NCBI GenBank assembly: GCA_027040585.1
Contig: JALULU010000263.1
Location: 1 to 26,062, forward strand
From: Acidobacteriota bacterium
Lineage (GTDB): Bacteria; Acidobacteriota; JAAYUB01; JAMOQF01
Direction: 5' to 3'
Length of the DNA: 26,062 nt
In this document: piece by piece, positions 24,504 through 26,062 of the stretch
Position numbering within the stretch: the stretch's first letter is position 1
How the letters are laid out: each line of letters starts with the position of its first letter
Position numbers and translations under genes: made by a program
Notes under the pieces: generated by a model
What the model saw: only the letters and a program-made list of their open reading frames with translations
What the model was told of the DNA's origin: nothing
Databases searched by the model: none

Positions 24504-26062
24504 ATGAAAAAATTAATTTTTTTGTTAGTTTTTTGTTTTATGTTTGGATTTTTGTTCTCTCAGACTTGTTATAACGGAGATCTAACCTGTAATAGTGAGA
24601 TAAGTGATACAACAACAGATGGGACTTCAAATTTTGACAATTACTCATGTTGTAATTGGAATGAAACCGGAAAAGAAAAGATTTATAGACTTGTCCTTGA
24701 TGACTGGGCAGATGTTGATTTATCTTTTACAAGTTTATCTGCTGATTTAGACCTTTTTATCCTGACGGATTGCAATGACCCAAATAGTTGTATTGCTTAT
24801 GATGACAATGAGATATCCACACGTCTCGATGCCGGAACCTATTATGTTGTTGTTGATGGTAATGAGGGAGCAGAGGGCGATTTTTCACTTAAGGTAATAT
24901 GTCTTTTTAACTGTGTAGATGAGGAGATTTCAGGGGATATAGATGAAATAGGTGATACATCAAATGGAGACAATGTGATTTCAAGCTACTCCTGTTCAGG
25001 TTCATCTGATTTTAGTGGAAGTGAGTATATTTATCACTTTCATTTAGATAATGAGAAAATTGTCAAGGTTGAATTACTTACATCTTATAATCTTTCAATT
25101 TTCTTACTTACAAATTGCAACGATGGTTCAACTTGTATTGCTTCTGGAAGCGATACACTGCTTAAAAAACTTGATCCAGGGGATTACTATATTTCGGTTG
25201 ACAGTCCATCGGGAGATGAAGGAAATTACAGGATAATTGTTAAATTTTTTGACTGCTTTGATAAGGAGATAACTGAGAATTCCTATGGTGATAGTGATAC
25301 CACTTACAATTCACATGAGATTTACGATTCCTATGGATGTTTTGGCGGGGATGAGAGTGGTCCTGAGAAGATTTATAAGTTTCAGATAACTGAAAATAGT
25401 TCTGTGGACGTTTATTTGACAAATGAGGTAAATTCCCACACAATTTTTTTGTTAAGTGAGTGTGGAGATCCCAGTTCATGTGTTGCCGAAGGGACAGGTC
25501 ATATTTCAGCGAATCTTTCATCTGGAATCTACTATCTTGTAATTGATAGCGATAACAATCCTGGTTCTTCCTACGATTTACAATTTAACGCTTCAAGTAC
25601 TTCCTGTTTTCTTACAGAGATACCTTGTAATTCCACAATAAATGGTAACACATCAGATGGCATTGCCTCCATGGAACACTATAGTTGTGGATTTTACGAT
25701 GAGGTTGGTAAAGAATGTGTTTATAAGATAGTTTTACCACAGGATGAGTATTTAACTGTGAAATTAAACAGCTCAAATAGTTTGAGGATTTATTTGCTTA
25801 CAGAATGTGGAAATGAAAACAGTTGTATTGCATATAGTCAGGTTATGATAAGAAAACTTTTAAGTGCCGGGACATATTATGTTTCAGTGGATTCAAATTC
25901 CATGGGAGATTATGATTTTTCCCTTGAGGTTGATTGTGATACCATTGACTGTTATGATGAAGAAATAAATGGGCCTGGAGACTACTCAAACTCAACCTCA
26001 AATGGTGCTTCAAACATCTCAAGTTATAGTGGGGTTAACTGGGATGAATCCGGGAAGGAGTA
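24504..26062 (+). CDS. Secreted protein with tandem Cys-rich PPC-like beta-sandwich repeats (3'-truncated; absent from ORF track)
   Basis: Translated by hand: ATG directly after the kinase stop, gagga SD at 24492-24496, signal peptide MKKLIFLLVFCFMFGFLFS, and no stop codon in 519 codons to the window end. Confidence 0.9.
   Translation, partial: MKKLIFLLVFCFMFGFLFSQTCYNGDLTCNSEISDTTTDGTSNFDNYSCCNWNETGKEKIYRLVLDDWADVDLSFTSLSADLDLFILTDCNDPNSCIAYDDNEISTRLDAGTYYVVVDGNEGAEGDFSLKVICLFNCVDEEISGDIDEIGDTSNGDNVISSYSCSGSSDFSGSEYIYHFHLDNEKIVKVELLTSYNLSIFLLTNCNDGSTCIASGSDTLLKKLDPGDYYISVDSPSGDEGNYRIIVKFFDCFDKEITENSYGDSDTTYNSHEIYDSYGCFGGDESGPEKIYKFQITENSSVDVYLTNEVNSHTIFLLSECGDPSSCVAEGTGHISANLSSGIYYLVIDSDNNPGSSYDLQFNASSTSCFLTEIPCNSTINGNTSDGIASMEHYSCGFYDEVGKECVYKIVLPQDEYLTVKLNSSNSLRIYLLTECGNENSCIAYSQVMIRKLLSAGTYYVSVDSNSMGDYDFSLEVDCDTIDCYDEEINGPGDYSNSTSNGASNISSYSGVNWDESGKE
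24561..26062 (+). repeat. Four complete protein repeats of about 115 aa plus the start of a fifth
   Basis: Units start near 24561, 24909, 25251, 25602 and 25947. Approximate consensus C..EI....T.G...Y(S/G)C...E.G.E.IY.....L....L.IFLLT.C.D..SCIA......L..G.YY(V/I).VD....G.Y.L.V. Confidence 0.88.

Noticed and set aside
777-25521. Remaining short ORFs in the track nested in or antisense to long genes (e.g. 2024..2248, 6984..7337, 13347..13715, 21424..21771, 25051..25236, 25240..25521)
   Set aside because: All are fully overlapped by well-supported CDSs and show no motifs. The last two overlap the unannotated 24504 ORF.
1-26062. CRISPR array, IS element, prophage or toxin-antitoxin locus
   Set aside because: No regularly spaced DNA repeats, terminal inverted repeats, transposase, phage or TA motifs were found. 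The only repeats are diverged protein-coding units.

Overview
AT-rich (roughly 30% GC by eye) bacterial chromosome segment, mostly housekeeping and cell-envelope genes. In order: a 5'-truncated rhomboid protease, glnA, a large secreted nidogen/PPC-like protein with its own promoter and terminator, DUF2061, SAM hydroxide adenosyltransferase, nfi, pgi, an S9 peptidase, tRNA-Asp/tRNA-Val(TAC), an 8-gene operon (ABC-2 ATPase and permease, smpB, pepA, secreted hypothetical, yjbQ, BsuPI-domain protein, acidobacterial-type VWA protein), tRNA-Val(CAC), an orphan flippase, ffh, pilD and a PAS histidine kinase. A further ORF of at least 519 codons (24504 to the window end) is missing from the supplied ORF track and encodes tandem Cys-rich PPC-like domains. 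I found no mobile element, CRISPR array or defence system. The best novelty candidates are the two large secreted modular proteins, the pilD-kinase-repeat protein cluster, the BsuPI mosaic protein and an atypical Ffh. All domain calls come from motif recognition by eye, not from database searches.
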